A stretch of 64,000 nucleotides of DNA from an uncultured Acidobacteriota bacterium. Lineage in GTDB: Bacteria; Acidobacteriota; UBA6911. Shown one piece after another: positions 30,116 to 40,883 of the stretch. Within the stretch, counting starts at the first letter, position 1. Every line of letters begins with the position of its first letter. The DNA is taken from contig CAWJKZ010000004.1 of assembly GCA_963843575.1 (NCBI GenBank), forward strand, positions 32,001 through 96,000. Direction: 5' to 3'. The position numbers and the translations under genes are program-made. Below the pieces are notes generated by a model. The model ran no database searches and had not been told where the DNA came from. It saw nothing but the letters and a program-made list of their open reading frames with translations.

Positions 30116-31399
30116 ATGCCGTTCAGCAACTGGTGTAAATATGTTGCCGCCACTGTCTTCCTCGTCGCGGGACTGCTCTTATCCGGCTGCAAATCGCAAA
30201 CGGCTCCTCCCCCGGCAGGCCCAGCCGAGGTCGCCGCCGTGACGCTTCAACCCGAACGCGTCGTGCTGACGACGGAGCTGCCGGGCCGCACATCCGCCTA
30301 CCTGGTCGCCGAAATCCGCCCGCAGGTCAATGGCCTTCTCCAGAAGCGCCTGTTTCAGGAAGGCGCCAATGTCAAGGCAGGCGACATTCTGTACCAGATC
30401 GATCCCAGCTCCATATCAGGCGGCTTACGACCAGGCCAAAGCCGCGTTGGCCACGGCTGAGGCGAACGTTGTCACGGCTGAGGCGAACGTTGTCATGGCT
30501 GAGGCAAACCTGCCGGCGATCCGGTCACGTGCCGAGCGCCTGAAGGGGCTCGTGGCCATCCACGCGGTCGGGCAGCAGGACTACGACGATGCCGGCTGCC
30601 GCTTTGCGGCAAGCCGAGGCCAACCTCCTGGTACGAAAGACGGCCGTGGAGGCAAACCGGACGGCCGTGGAGGTCAACCGGGCGACGATGGAGAGCGCCC
30701 GCATCAATCTGTCCTACACCCCCATCAAGGCGCCGATTTCCGGACGCATCGGCAAATCCAACATCACGGTCGGAGCGATGGTGACGGCCTATCAGCCCAT
30801 GCCGCTGGCGGTGATTCAGCAACTGGATCCCATCTACGTGGACGTGACCCAGGCCAGCGCGGATCTGCTGCGCCTGAGACGGAACCTGGAAAGCGGAAGC
30901 CTCACGCACGACGGCGCGAGCCAGAGAAAGGTCAAGCTGCTTCTCGAGGACGGGACGCCTATACTCGGGCAAGGCACGCTGCAATTCCGCGATGTCACGG
31001 TGGATCCGACGACGGGTTCGGTCACGCTGCGGCTGGTCTTCGCCAACCCCAAGCAGGTCCTTCTCCCGGGCATGTTCGTGCGCGCGGTCGTGGAGGAGGG
31101 TGTGAAAGAACAGGCTCTTCTTGTTCCCCAGCAGGGGGTGTCCCGCGACCCGAAGGGGAATCCCATCGCCCTGGTTGTGGATGACAACAACAAGGTAGTG
31201 CAGCGCGCGCTCGAACTGGACCGCGCCATGGGGGACAAATGGCTCGTCACCAAAGGATTGAGCCCCGGAGATCGAGTTATCGTCGAAGGGAGCTGAGAGG
31301 ATCCGCCCCGGTGCTTCGGTCCGCGCCGTCCCTTTCGCCGGACCGGCCGGGAACACACCGAAGGCCGGCGACAGCCAGCCCTCGGCGCAGGCAAAGTAG
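30116..31399 (+). CDS. acrA: RND efflux periplasmic adaptor (AcrA/MexA-like lipoprotein); about 3 frameshifts
   Basis: AAGGAG RBS, lipobox LLLSGC, ELPGRT.AY.VAEIRPQV, APISGRIG, LDPIYVD, LLPGMFVRA; spread over track ORFs 30041, 30330 and 30589. Confidence 0.88.
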
Positions 31400-31411
31400 G
31401 AGAGGGACTCA

Positions 31412-34400
31412 ATGGCTAGATTCTTTCTGGATCGTCCGGTTTTTGCATGGGTTGTCGCAATCGGCATGATGCTGGCCGGCGGCCTGGCGATCTACAATCT
31501 TCCCATCTCCCAGTACCCCCCGATCGCTCCGCCGTCGATCTCGATCCGAGGCGTCTACCCCGGCGCATCGGCCAAGACGGTGGAAGACAGCGTGGTTCAG
31601 ATCATCGAACAACAGATGACCGGACTGGACCGGATGCTTTACATCCACTCCACGTCCGATTCTTCAGGCATGGCACAGATCGAGCTGACCTTTGCCCCGG
31701 GCACCGATCCCGATCTGGCCTGGGCCAAAGTGCAGAACAAGCTTCAGCTCGCCATGCCGGTGTTGCCGGAGGTGGTCCAGCGCCAGGGTCTCAGGGTCAG
31801 CAAGTCCACCCGCAATTATCTGATGATCGTCGGGCTCACTTCCCTGGATGACAGCCTCGACCAGAATGATCTGTCCGACTACACTTTCTCGCAGATTCAG
31901 TATTCGCTGGCCCGCGTGCCCGGCGTGGGCGAAGTGGAGATGTTCGGCGCCGGGTATGCGATGCGGATCTGGCTGGACCCGAACAAACTCACGAATTACA
32001 GCATGACCTCGGACGACGTGATCGCGGCGGTCCGGGCCTACAACGTGCAGGTGTCTGCCGGCCAGTTCGGCGGGATGCCTGCGGTGCCGGGCCAGCGGCT
32101 CAATGCTTCCATCATCGTCCAGACGCTCCTGAAGACGCCGGAGGAGTTCGGCGCCATCCCGCTGCGCAACAATCCGGACGGATCCATCGTGCGGGTACGG
32201 GACGTGGCGCGCACGGAACTGGGGACCGAGTTTGACAACGTCAGGGTCAAATATAACGGACACCCCACATCCGGTCTCGCGATCCGGCAGGAGGCCGGGG
32301 CCAACGCTCTGGACACCGCCGCCGGCGTAAAAGCCAAGATGGAGGAGTTGTCCCGCTACTTTCCCGCCCGGCATGCAGGTTGTTTACCCCTTCGACACGA
32401 CTCCCTTCGTACGGGTAGCCATCAACGAAGTCGTCAAGACCCTCATCGAGGCGATCATCCTCGTCTTCCTGGTCATGTTTCTCTTCCTGGGGAACATGCG
32501 CGCCACGCTCATCCCCACGATTGCCGTGCCGGTGGTGATTCTGGGGACTTTCGGCGTTCTCGGACTGTTCGGTTATTCCATCAACATGCTGACGATGTTT
32601 GCCATGGTCCTGGCGATCGGCCTCCTTGTGGATGATGCCATCGTCGTGGTGGAAAACGTGGAGCGTGTGATGTCCGAAGAGGGCCTCTCCGCCGCTGGAA
32701 GCCACCCGGAAATCCATGGACCAGATTACCAGCGCGCTGGTCGGCATCGGGCTTGTTCTTTCGGCGGTCTTCGGCCCCATGATGTTCTTCGGCGGATCCA
32801 CCGGCGTCATCTACCGCCAGTTCTCTATCACGATCATCTCCTCCATGCTTCTCTCGGTCCTGGTGGCTTTGATCCTGACGCCGGTGCTCTGCGCCTCTCT
32901 TCTCAAGCCGGTGGGCAAGGGACACGAAGCCGCGGAAACCGGCTTCCGTCTCCTCCGGCCGTTTTTCCTGTGGTTCGACCACATGTTTCTCCGTCTTCGC
33001 GGGACACTACCAGTCCGCGGTGGGGCACATGCTCGGCGCCAGGCTCCGCTACCTCGCCGTTTTTGTCCTGATCGTGGCGGCGATGGGTTTTCTCTTCGTG
33101 AGGATGCCTACGGCCTACCTGCCGGACGAGGACCAGGGCGTGCTCATGGCCATGGTGCAACTGCCCCCCGGTTCGACCCTGGAGCAGACTGAAGCGGTCA
33201 TGGAAAAGGTGCGGAACCATTTCCTGGTGGATCAGAAGGAGGCGGTGGAATCCTGCATGACCATCTCCGGATTTGGCTTGGCCGGCCAGGCACAGAACCA
33301 GGGTATGGCCTATATCAAGCTTCGAGACTGGGACCTGCGCAACAGGCCGGACCTTCGGGTAAAGGGCATCTTGGGAAAGGCGATGCCGTTTCTCTCCCGT
33401 ATTCGGGAAGCGACCGTCTTCGTCTTTCCGCCTCCTGCCGTCACGGAACTCGGCACGGCGAAGGGATTTGACTTCATGCTGCAGGACCGCGGCGGACTCG
33501 GCCACGAGAAGCTGATGGATGCCCGGCTCCAGCTCCTTGGCCAGGCTATGCGCGACCCGCGGCTGACCGCCGTCCGGCCAAATGGGATGCCGGACCAGGC
33601 CGAGTACAAGGTGGATATCGACTGGGAGAAGGCCGGCACCCTCGGCGTGTCGGTGCCGGCGATTCAACGTTCGATCTCGGCGGCCTTCGGCAGCGCTTAT
33701 GTCAACGACTTCATACAGGGGGGGCGGGTCCAGCGCGTCTATGTGCAGGCGGACGCCCCCTACCGGATGCTCCCGGACGATCTGAACCATCTTTATGTCC
33801 GGAATACCGTGGGCGGCATGGTTCCCGTCTCCGCCCTCGCGTCGGGGCGCTGGACGTACGACTCCCCTCGGCTCGAGCGGTACAACGGTTTTCCGGCTCT
33901 GAATTTCCAGGGGGAAGCTGCCCCCGGAAGGAGCACCGGCGACGCCATGAAGGCCATGGAAGAGATCACCAAAAACTGCCCCGGGGCATCGGCTATGAGT
34001 GGACCGGCCTCTCCTACCAGGAGCGGCTGAGCCAATCCCAGACGGGGCTCCTGTATGCCTTCTCCATTCTCGCGATCTTCCTGGTCCTGGCAGCCCTGTA
34101 CGAGAGCTGGTCGATTCCGATCTCGATTCTGCTCGCCTTGCCGCTCGGAGTGATCGGCGGCGTGCTGGCCATCCTCCTCGCGGGGATTGCCCAATGACGT
34201 CTACTTCCAGATCGGACTGCTGACCGTCCTGGGACTGACGACCAAGAACGCGATCCTGATCGTGCAGTTCGCCAAGATCCGCGTGGAACAGGGTAAGGGC
34301 TTGATCGAGGCCACGCTCGAAGGGGCGAAGCTCAGGCTTCGTCCCATCGTGATGACGTCGCTGGCGTTCGGCTTCGGCGTTTTGCCGCTGGCGATCGCCA

Positions 34401-34605
34401 CCGGCGCCGGAGCCGGGGCACAGAAGGCCATCGGCACCAGCGTCCTGGGCGGAATGGTAACTGCAACATTTCTGGCCATCTTCTTCATTCCTCTGTTTTT
34501 CGTGGTGGTAAGCAAATGTTCGGCGGAACAAAGCCGGGAGCCGGAACAGCGACGGTCGGCTCGGATGCCAGAAGCATCCATACGGAGGGACCACAACATG
34601 CGTAA
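31412..34605 (+). CDS. acrB: RND efflux permease (AcrB/MexB, HAE1); multiple frameshifts
   Basis: [68 protein letters not shown]; split over at least 6 reading segments; probable stop TAA 34603-34605. Confidence 0.9.
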
Positions 34606-35997
34606 ACTCCTACCACTTATTGGCAATCTCTATTTTCCTGTGCGGGTGCCCGCGCCCAGCGCAGTATAGCCGTCCCGCGTTGCCGGTTCCCGCAGCCTGG
34701 CCGGAGAAGTCTGCCAGTCAGCCGGCCGCGCCGGGCGCGCCCGCGGCGGCCGACGTGAAGTGGCAGGAGTTCTTCACCGACCAGCGGCTTCAATCGGTGA
34801 TCGAACTGGCGCTGGCGAACAATCGCGACCTCCGGATGGCCACGTCTCAACATCGACAAGGTCCAGGCGTTGTATCGGATTCAGCGCGCCGAACAGTATC
34901 CCACCGTCGTCGCCTCAGCGAGTGCCGATGGCTATCGGGTGCCCAGAACCTGTCCGGCGCCGACAATAACGAAACGGTGTCGCAATACACCGTCGGGCTG
35001 GGCGTCGCCTCCTGGGAACTGGATCTTTTCGGGCGCATCCGCAGCCTGAAGAGCCGGGCATTGGAGCAGTACCTGGCGACGGAGCAGGCCCGTTCCGCCA
35101 CGCAGATTTCGCTGGTGGCCGCTGTCGCCAACAGCTACCTGGCGCTGGCCGCCGACCGGGAGAATCTGAGGCTGGCCCAGGTGACCCTCGATGCCCAGCA
35201 GGCTTCTTACGACCTGATCCCGCACACCAGGGATCTCGGCATCGCCTCTGATCTGGATGTCCGTCAGGCGCAAAGCCAGGTGGAGGCGGCACGGGTGGAT
35301 ATCGCCAGATACTCCGGCCAGGTGGCCCTGGACGAAAATGCGCTCAACCTGCTGGTCGGCGCTCCGGTCGCGGCCGGACTGCTGTCCGACGACCTGGACA
35401 AAGTCGGGACGTTGAAGGACGTCTCGGCCGGCCTGCCCTCCGAGGTGCTGCTCCGCCGGCCCGACATCCTCATGGCCGAGCACCAGTTGAAAGCCGCCAG
35501 CGCCAACATCGGTGCTGCGCGCGCGGCGTTCTTCCCCCGCATCTCGCTGACCGCCGCCGCCGGCATCACCAGCAACGATCTGACGAACCTCTTCAAGCCC
35601 GCGGCCGGAACCTGGAACTTCGCCCCGCAGGCGGTGCTGCCGATTTTCGACTCCGGCGCCCGCCAGGCCAACTACAAGGTGGCCGAGGTGGATCGGGATA
35701 TCGCGATCGCCGAGTACGAGAAAGCGATCCAGGCCGCCTTCAGGGAAGTGAGCGACGCCTTGAGCCTGCGGACGACTCTGGTGGCCCAACAGGACGCCCT
35801 GCAGTCCCTGGTGAATTCGCTCGGAGGAAACCTATCGCCTTTCCGAGGCCCGATACAAGGGCGGGATCGACAGCTACCTGAGCGTTCTCGTCGCCCAGCG
35901 GTCGCTCTATGGCGCTCAACAGCAAATGGTCGGCGTCCGCCTGGCACGTCTGAGCAATCTCGTGACCCTGTACAAGGTGCTCGGCGGCGGCGCATAG
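34598..35997 (+). CDS. oprM: RND outer-membrane factor lipoprotein (OprM/NodT); frameshifted
   Basis: MRKLL..FLCGC lipobox, [43 protein letters not shown], ending LYKVLGGGA*. Confidence 0.88.
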
Positions 35998-36092
35998 CCC
36001 CCTCTTCGGGATTCTCTGAGCGCTTCGGGCCTTGGAGGTCACATGCCGAATGTTCTCCCTCTCCGGGATGGTAACGCCTGATTGCAGGGCTG

Positions 36093-36494
36093 ATGAATCC
36101 TGCAAGGGAGTTTTCCAATTCTGCACGTCACCCATACAGATGGTCGGCGAATGACCATCATAAAGATCGCAGGGCGTCTCGCCGGAGCACACGTGGCCGG
36201 TACGACTGGCCCGGGAACATACGAGAACTTCAGAACGTGATCGAACGCTCCGTGGTTCTGACCCGGGGGCAAGTCCTCGAGCTGGCCATGCCCGAGACCA
36301 GTGCCGGCACTCCCGTCGTCAGGCTGAGAACGGACGTCACCTCGGACGCGGACCGGAAGAAGATCCTGCAGGCCTTGAAGGATAGTAGAGGCGTGGTCGG
36401 CGGTCCTGACGGCGCAGCGGCGCTGTTGGGCCTGAAGCGGACGACGCTCCAGGCCCGGATGAAGAAGCTGGGAATCACCCGCAACTACAACTAG
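36093..36494 (+). pseudogene. C-terminal relic of an FhlA/NifA-like sigma54 activator (end of AAA+ plus Fis HTH)
   Basis: YDWPGNIRELQNVIERSV and GGPDGAAALLGLKRTTLQARMKKLGI; no Walker A or GAFTGA upstream. Confidence 0.8.
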
Positions 36495-36501
36495 CCCGTC
36501 A

Positions 36502-36639
36502 CCCTCCGCTCTTTTTCCGTGTCAAGTTTTTGCTCCTGTGCCCCTCGAGGAAAAAACTGCAACTACCCGCCACGGAATTCAAATCTCCTTTTTCCGTGCC
36601 CCTCCGCTCTTCTTCCGTGTCCTCCGTGTCAAGTTTTTG
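36502..36639. repeat. Direct repeat between convergent genes
   Basis: CCCTCCGCTCTTTTTCCGTGTCAAGTTTTTG (36502-36532) recurs at 36600-36639 with an extra TCCGTGTC unit. Confidence 0.7.
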
Positions 36640-36641
36640 GT

Positions 36642-38153
36642 CTACTTCGCGGCTGAGCACGCGAAACTGGCCGCGTCGTTGATGCTGCCGGTACCCTGGT
36701 AGCGCGCGACCTGCGGGTAAGGGCACAGGGGGCGTGTGCGATCGACGTCGTTCCCGGCGGGGTGGTCGGCCACGATCCGCTCCGGGGCCTTGCCTTGCTC
36801 CACCCACTGCTCCAGGTGCGTGATCCAGTCGGCGCGCCAGGGGCCGTCGCCGCCGGTGCAGTGGTTCATGCCGGGCGCCATGAACAGGCGGAATGAACCG
36901 TCGATTCTGGCGGCGCCGCCCATGCGGCGCCGTACGCTCTCGTAGTAATTGACGGAGTTGAGTGTGGCGATCAGCTGGTCGTTCCAGCCGTGGTACATGA
37001 TCAGCTTGCCGCCGCGGGCGAAGAACGCCTTCAGGTTCGGATCGGTGGCGTTCAGCAGGCCCCTGTCGAGCTTGTCCGCCCGTGCGACGTCCTTGTCGAA
37101 GTCGAACTTCTGATAGTCCCAGTTGGGATCGTTGAAGACCACGTGCTGGAAGTGCGACACGGGGATGCCGAAGGGCTTGGGCCCGGCCAGCGCGGTCCAG
37201 ACGAGTTCGCTGCCCGGAGACATGCCCGGGAAGACCGGCTTGCCTGTCCTGGGGTTCTTCGCTCCCTCGTAGATCTTGCGGGCGACTTCCACCTGGGGCG
37301 GGGTCAGGCAGGCTTCGCCGGCCTCCCCTTTGCACTGCACGGTGGCTGGATCGAAGCGGCAGAGCACGGGATTGTCGATGAGCCCGTCCTCGATGCCGTC
37401 GAGCTGGTCGCAGGCCTGCAGCGCGGCCTTGTGAAGGGCTTGCAGCTGCAGTGGCCCGAGCGCGGCAGCGGGGTTCCTGTTTGCCACAACGGCAGGCCAC
37501 AGGTCGCCCGCCATCAGGTGGGTCCAGTAGTTGGCGGGCGCGCCGGCGATGATGCCGTCGTAGTCGCGGGGAAACTTCTGCGCTTCTTTCAACCCCTGCT
37601 TGCCGCCCGAGGAACAGCCAACCCAGTAGGAGAGTGCCGGCGCCCTACCGTAGAAGGCTTCCGTCACGGCCTTGGCCTTGAGCGTCATCTCGTGGACGGC
37701 GCGATGACCGAAGTCGACCAGTTTCTCGGGATGACCGGGGACGAACGAGGCGTCGCCGCCGTCGTGGCCGGTGTTGGTGGATGCGGCGGCGTACCCGCGG
37801 CCGAGGGCCGTGGCGAGCGCCGGGAACGAGATGGCGCCGGACCATCCCCCGTTCCCCACCCCCATGAACTTGCCGTTCCAGCCGTCGAGCGGCATCCACA
37901 CCTCGATCTTGATCTCCGAATCCGGCGTCGGCTTCACCGTGGCTGCGACGCGGCAGAATGCGGGTAGCCCTTTGTAGACTGCAGGCTGGGGCTGGCTGGC
38001 GCCGGGCGGAGCGAACCCGCCGGCATCCACGGTTAGTACCGTGGTGATGATGGTGTGCGGCAGCGACAGTTTCGCCAGCCCGGGGCAATCCCCGGCCCAC
38101 GCGACAGGCGCCGCAAGGGTGGCGAGCAACAAGAGCGCTCGGATGGTGGTCAC
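36642..38153 (-). CDS. Secreted tannase/feruloyl esterase family alpha/beta hydrolase
   Basis: GTG at 38153 after GGAGGG; signal peptide; FCRV, GNGG, GCSSGG nucleophile, YDGIIAGAP, HGWND, PGMNHC, RPLCPYP. Confidence 0.93.
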   Translation of the reverse strand: MTTIRALLLLATLAAPVAWAGDCPGLAKLSLPHTIITTVLTVDAGGFAPPGASQPQPAVYKGLPAFCRVAATVKPTPDSEIKIEVWMPLDGWNGKFMGVGNGGWSGAISFPALATALGRGYAAASTNTGHDGGDASFVPGHPEKLVDFGHRAVHEMTLKAKAVTEAFYGRAPALSYWVGCSSGGKQGLKEAQKFPRDYDGIIAGAPANYWTHLMAGDLWPAVVANRNPAAALGPLQLQALHKAALQACDQLDGIEDGLIDNPVLCRFDPATVQCKGEAGEACLTPPQVEVARKIYEGAKNPRTGKPVFPGMSPGSELVWTALAGPKPFGIPVSHFQHVVFNDPNWDYQKFDFDKDVARADKLDRGLLNATDPNLKAFFARGGKLIMYHGWNDQLIATLNSVNYYESVRRRMGGAARIDGSFRLFMAPGMNHCTGGDGPWRADWITHLEQWVEQGKAPERIVADHPAGNDVDRTRPLCPYPQVARYQGTGSINDAASFACSAAK

Positions 38154-38167
38154 AATCCCTCCCCTAA

Positions 38168-38407
38168 GGGCTCGCGCAAGAATAATTTCACGTTTTGCTG
38201 ACGGCTCTCGAGCTGACAGATCATACAACTACCAACGAGTGGAGATTGCTGTTAACGGAGCCGTCAGCCCTCCGGGGCGCGGCGGCGCGCGGGCATCTGC
38301 GGCGTTGCCGCTCCTCGACGATGTCACCACATCGCCTGCGTCGCGGCGCCTTGCATCTGCCCGCCCGGCGCTCGCGCCAAAATGTGAACTTGTTCTTGCG
38401 CGAACCC
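38168..38407. mobile_element. 240-bp non-autonomous MITE with 30-bp terminal inverted repeats
   Basis: Left TIR GGGCTCGCGCAAGAATAATTTCACGTTTTG and right TIR CAAAATGTGAACTTGTTCTTGCGCGAACCC match at 26/30; flanked by TAA and TGA; two internal hairpins. Confidence 0.8.
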
Positions 38408-38637
38408 TGAGTGGTGTCTGTTCGGGCCTGCTCCGACGGCGATAATTCCAGATTCTACATTGGAACGGTGTCGGACCCGAAAATCGCTGAGGGCACCACA
38501 AAGGCCTGAAGCATCATTTTGGGCGCTTCGATAAGTGAAGGGGGTCCGGGGCTTTCGTTGAAGAGCATCAGTTGGGCGAGGCAGTGTTATCCTCAATCGC
38601 CATCGGCTGCTGCAGGCGAGGCCACGGAGCCGAAACT

Positions 38638-39669
38638 ATGAAGCCTTCCGGAGGGAAAACTTTTCGAGTTACGGGTTCTGTGTTTGGCGGCGGCGGGTCC
38701 GGCTTGGAGCTGCATGAGGCTAACCGTGCAAGGACAGGGCTCATCCCTGTCGGCATGGTGGGCGCGGGGAGAAGCCGCAACGGCCTTGGTCCGTTTCTGG
38801 CGGAGTTCCTCGAGACGGCGGGCTTCCTGGTGGCGGGAGTCTCCGGACGGACACCCGAGCGGGCGGTCGCGAATGCGGAGGGAATCGGACGGCGCCTGGG
38901 ACACGAGGTGAGAGCGTTCGCCTCCCCGGCAGCCCTGTGCGCCAGCGGGGTCGCCGCGCTGGTGATCTCCTCGCCCGCAGAATGTCATCTCGAGGCGCTG
39001 CAAGGCGCCGCGGAAGCCGGGTTGCCGACCCTGTGCGAGAAACCGCTGGTCCACGAAGGTGACTGTGCGACAGGGGCGGCGGTCATAGAGACCTTTGCGC
39101 GCGAGCGCCTCCCACTCCTGGAGAACTGCCAGTGGCCCTATGTGCTGCCCGCGTTCGTTCGGCTTCACGGAGCAATGGAGGCCGGGAGCGAACTCAGGGT
39201 CGAGATGGGCCTATGCCCGCCGCGGCCCGGGCGGGAAATGGTGCAGAGCACCCTCTCGCACCTGTTGAGCGTTATCCAGGCCATCGTGACTTTCGATCCG
39301 GGAACCGTCGTCGGAGACGTGCGCCTCGATGAATCGGTCCGGGCAACGAGCCGTGTGCTTCGATTCGACCTGGCCGGTCACGGGAGAACTGTCGAAGGCG
39401 TGCTCCACCTGGAGATCTGTGTGGCCCCGCCCCGTCCAGCCTGGTTGGCGATTGGCGGTCTCCGGATGGACCGGATTGTCCGCGAAGGTCACTCGATCGC
39501 CTTTTCGGCGAACGGCAGGGAGGCTGCCATCGGCGATCCGGTGCGGGAGTTGGTGAGGCGTTTCGGATCCCTGGTGCGAAGCCGCGATCCCGTTCTGATG
39601 GATTTCGAACGTGGCCTTGTGCGTCAACGACTCGAGTGGTATCGGCAGATTCTGGGCAAATTGAAATGA
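38638..39669 (+). CDS. Gfo/Idh/MocA-like NAD(P)-dependent oxidoreductase (divergent)
   Basis: VGMVGAGR Rossmann motif, LVISSP..CH, LCEKPL; start uncertain. Confidence 0.75.
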   Translation: MKPSGGKTFRVTGSVFGGGGSGLELHEANRARTGLIPVGMVGAGRSRNGLGPFLAEFLETAGFLVAGVSGRTPERAVANAEGIGRRLGHEVRAFASPAALCASGVAALVISSPAECHLEALQGAAEAGLPTLCEKPLVHEGDCATGAAVIETFARERLPLLENCQWPYVLPAFVRLHGAMEAGSELRVEMGLCPPRPGREMVQSTLSHLLSVIQAIVTFDPGTVVGDVRLDESVRATSRVLRFDLAGHGRTVEGVLHLEICVAPPRPAWLAIGGLRMDRIVREGHSIAFSANGREAAIGDPVRELVRRFGSLVRSRDPVLMDFERGLVRQRLEWYRQILGKLK

Positions 39670-40871
39670 CTCCACGCATGGATATGGCGAAGGTACTCGT
39701 GCGCTATAGCGGTGGGCCGGATGGCCTCGAGGGCGACGTTCTGCGCATGCTCGAGGGGTCATTTGGGCCGGTCCTGTCCCGCTTGCGGGGTGGCGATGAG
39801 GCGTCGGGCGCCGGCGGAAATGCTTCCGATGCTGAAAGGGTCGCGCACGGGGTGGCCCAGGTCGTCGCGAGCTTCTCGCGAAGTGCAACGATGCCGGCGG
39901 TCCGTGAGAAAGCCATCGAAGGGATTTACACCCGGGTCCTCGAGTTCGTCCGAAGGAGCATCCCAGTGGAAGCCCAGATGCTCTGGTCCCCCAAAAAACA
40001 CTGGATAGTTGGAGACGAAAGCGCGGTCGATCTTGCCGAACTGGCAGCGCTCCAGACGCTGCTCTCCATTGACTCTACCGTGCGGGATGTCTATCCGAGG
40101 GGGGTGTCGTTTCTGCTCGAAGTGGAGGACATCGAATTCGAGTTCATGGAGGGGCAAGACAAGGAAGTCGTCGTTGCGCGGGAGACATACATTTCCAGCC
40201 TGAGGCGCTTGATCGGGGCACTGCAGCTGGGTGACGTCTTTACCCTCCGCAGGGTGAGCGAGCACGCGCAGAGCAAAGAAGAGCTTTTGCGGTGGCGACA
40301 GCAGATGGCAGCGAACTACCGGGCGCTCGAAACCTATTGGTACGAATCCGAGGAACGGACCCTCTCGTCGCAGGAGGATTTGCCGAGTTTCAAAGAGCTT
40401 CGCAGACTGGGCTGGACGGGCACGATCCCAGCCGATATGCGCCGGTACTACCTGAATCGCCTTGGAAAACTCGCCGACGCGCCCGAAAGGGAGAGGGTGG
40501 ACATGGTGCTGCGGAACCTTGCAGGCATCCTGTTTCATCACCAGATGGGCTTGCTTCGAGGTTCCGGCGTCGCCGACCCCGTCAGGTTCTCGTTCGTGCG
40601 CTCGGCCGATGCCGCTCCTCCGGAATTGCTGGTCGGGCGAGTGGATCTTCGCTTTGCGCCGAGAAGACTCTGCAGCCGCGTGAGCGCAGCGGCGCCTTGG
40701 GCGACGAAGGGTTTCGTGTGCGGTCGGAAGGATCGCCTGGCGGTATCGTTCCGAGGCTGGCACGAACTGGATGGGGCACAATATCGGTTCGCAGAGGGTT
40801 GGCTCACTGTGGCCGGGTGCGAGGGCATCGCCAAGGTGCGGGCTGATTTCCGGCGCAACGAGGTTGAGTAA
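39666..40871 (+). CDS. Hypothetical protein, divergent PvcA/IsnA/Dit1 (isocyanide synthase)-like
   Basis: ATGA coupling to the upstream gene; motif order P....LWSPKK, VDLAELAALQTL, VYPRG...ED, YISSLRRLI, APW resembles the PvcA family. Confidence 0.6.
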   Translation: MTPRMDMAKVLVRYSGGPDGLEGDVLRMLEGSFGPVLSRLRGGDEASGAGGNASDAERVAHGVAQVVASFSRSATMPAVREKAIEGIYTRVLEFVRRSIPVEAQMLWSPKKHWIVGDESAVDLAELAALQTLLSIDSTVRDVYPRGVSFLLEVEDIEFEFMEGQDKEVVVARETYISSLRRLIGALQLGDVFTLRRVSEHAQSKEELLRWRQQMAANYRALETYWYESEERTLSSQEDLPSFKELRRLGWTGTIPADMRRYYLNRLGKLADAPERERVDMVLRNLAGILFHHQMGLLRGSGVADPVRFSFVRSADAAPPELLVGRVDLRFAPRRLCSRVSAAAPWATKGFVCGRKDRLAVSFRGWHELDGAQYRFAEGWLTVAGCEGIAKVRADFRRNEVE

Positions 40872-40883
40872 AGCGCAAGCCCG

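Noticed and set aside
30116-35997. Programmed frameshifting or phase variation in the RND genes
   Set aside because: There are too many scattered breaks, with no slippery heptamers or long homopolymers; sequencing error is more parsimonious.
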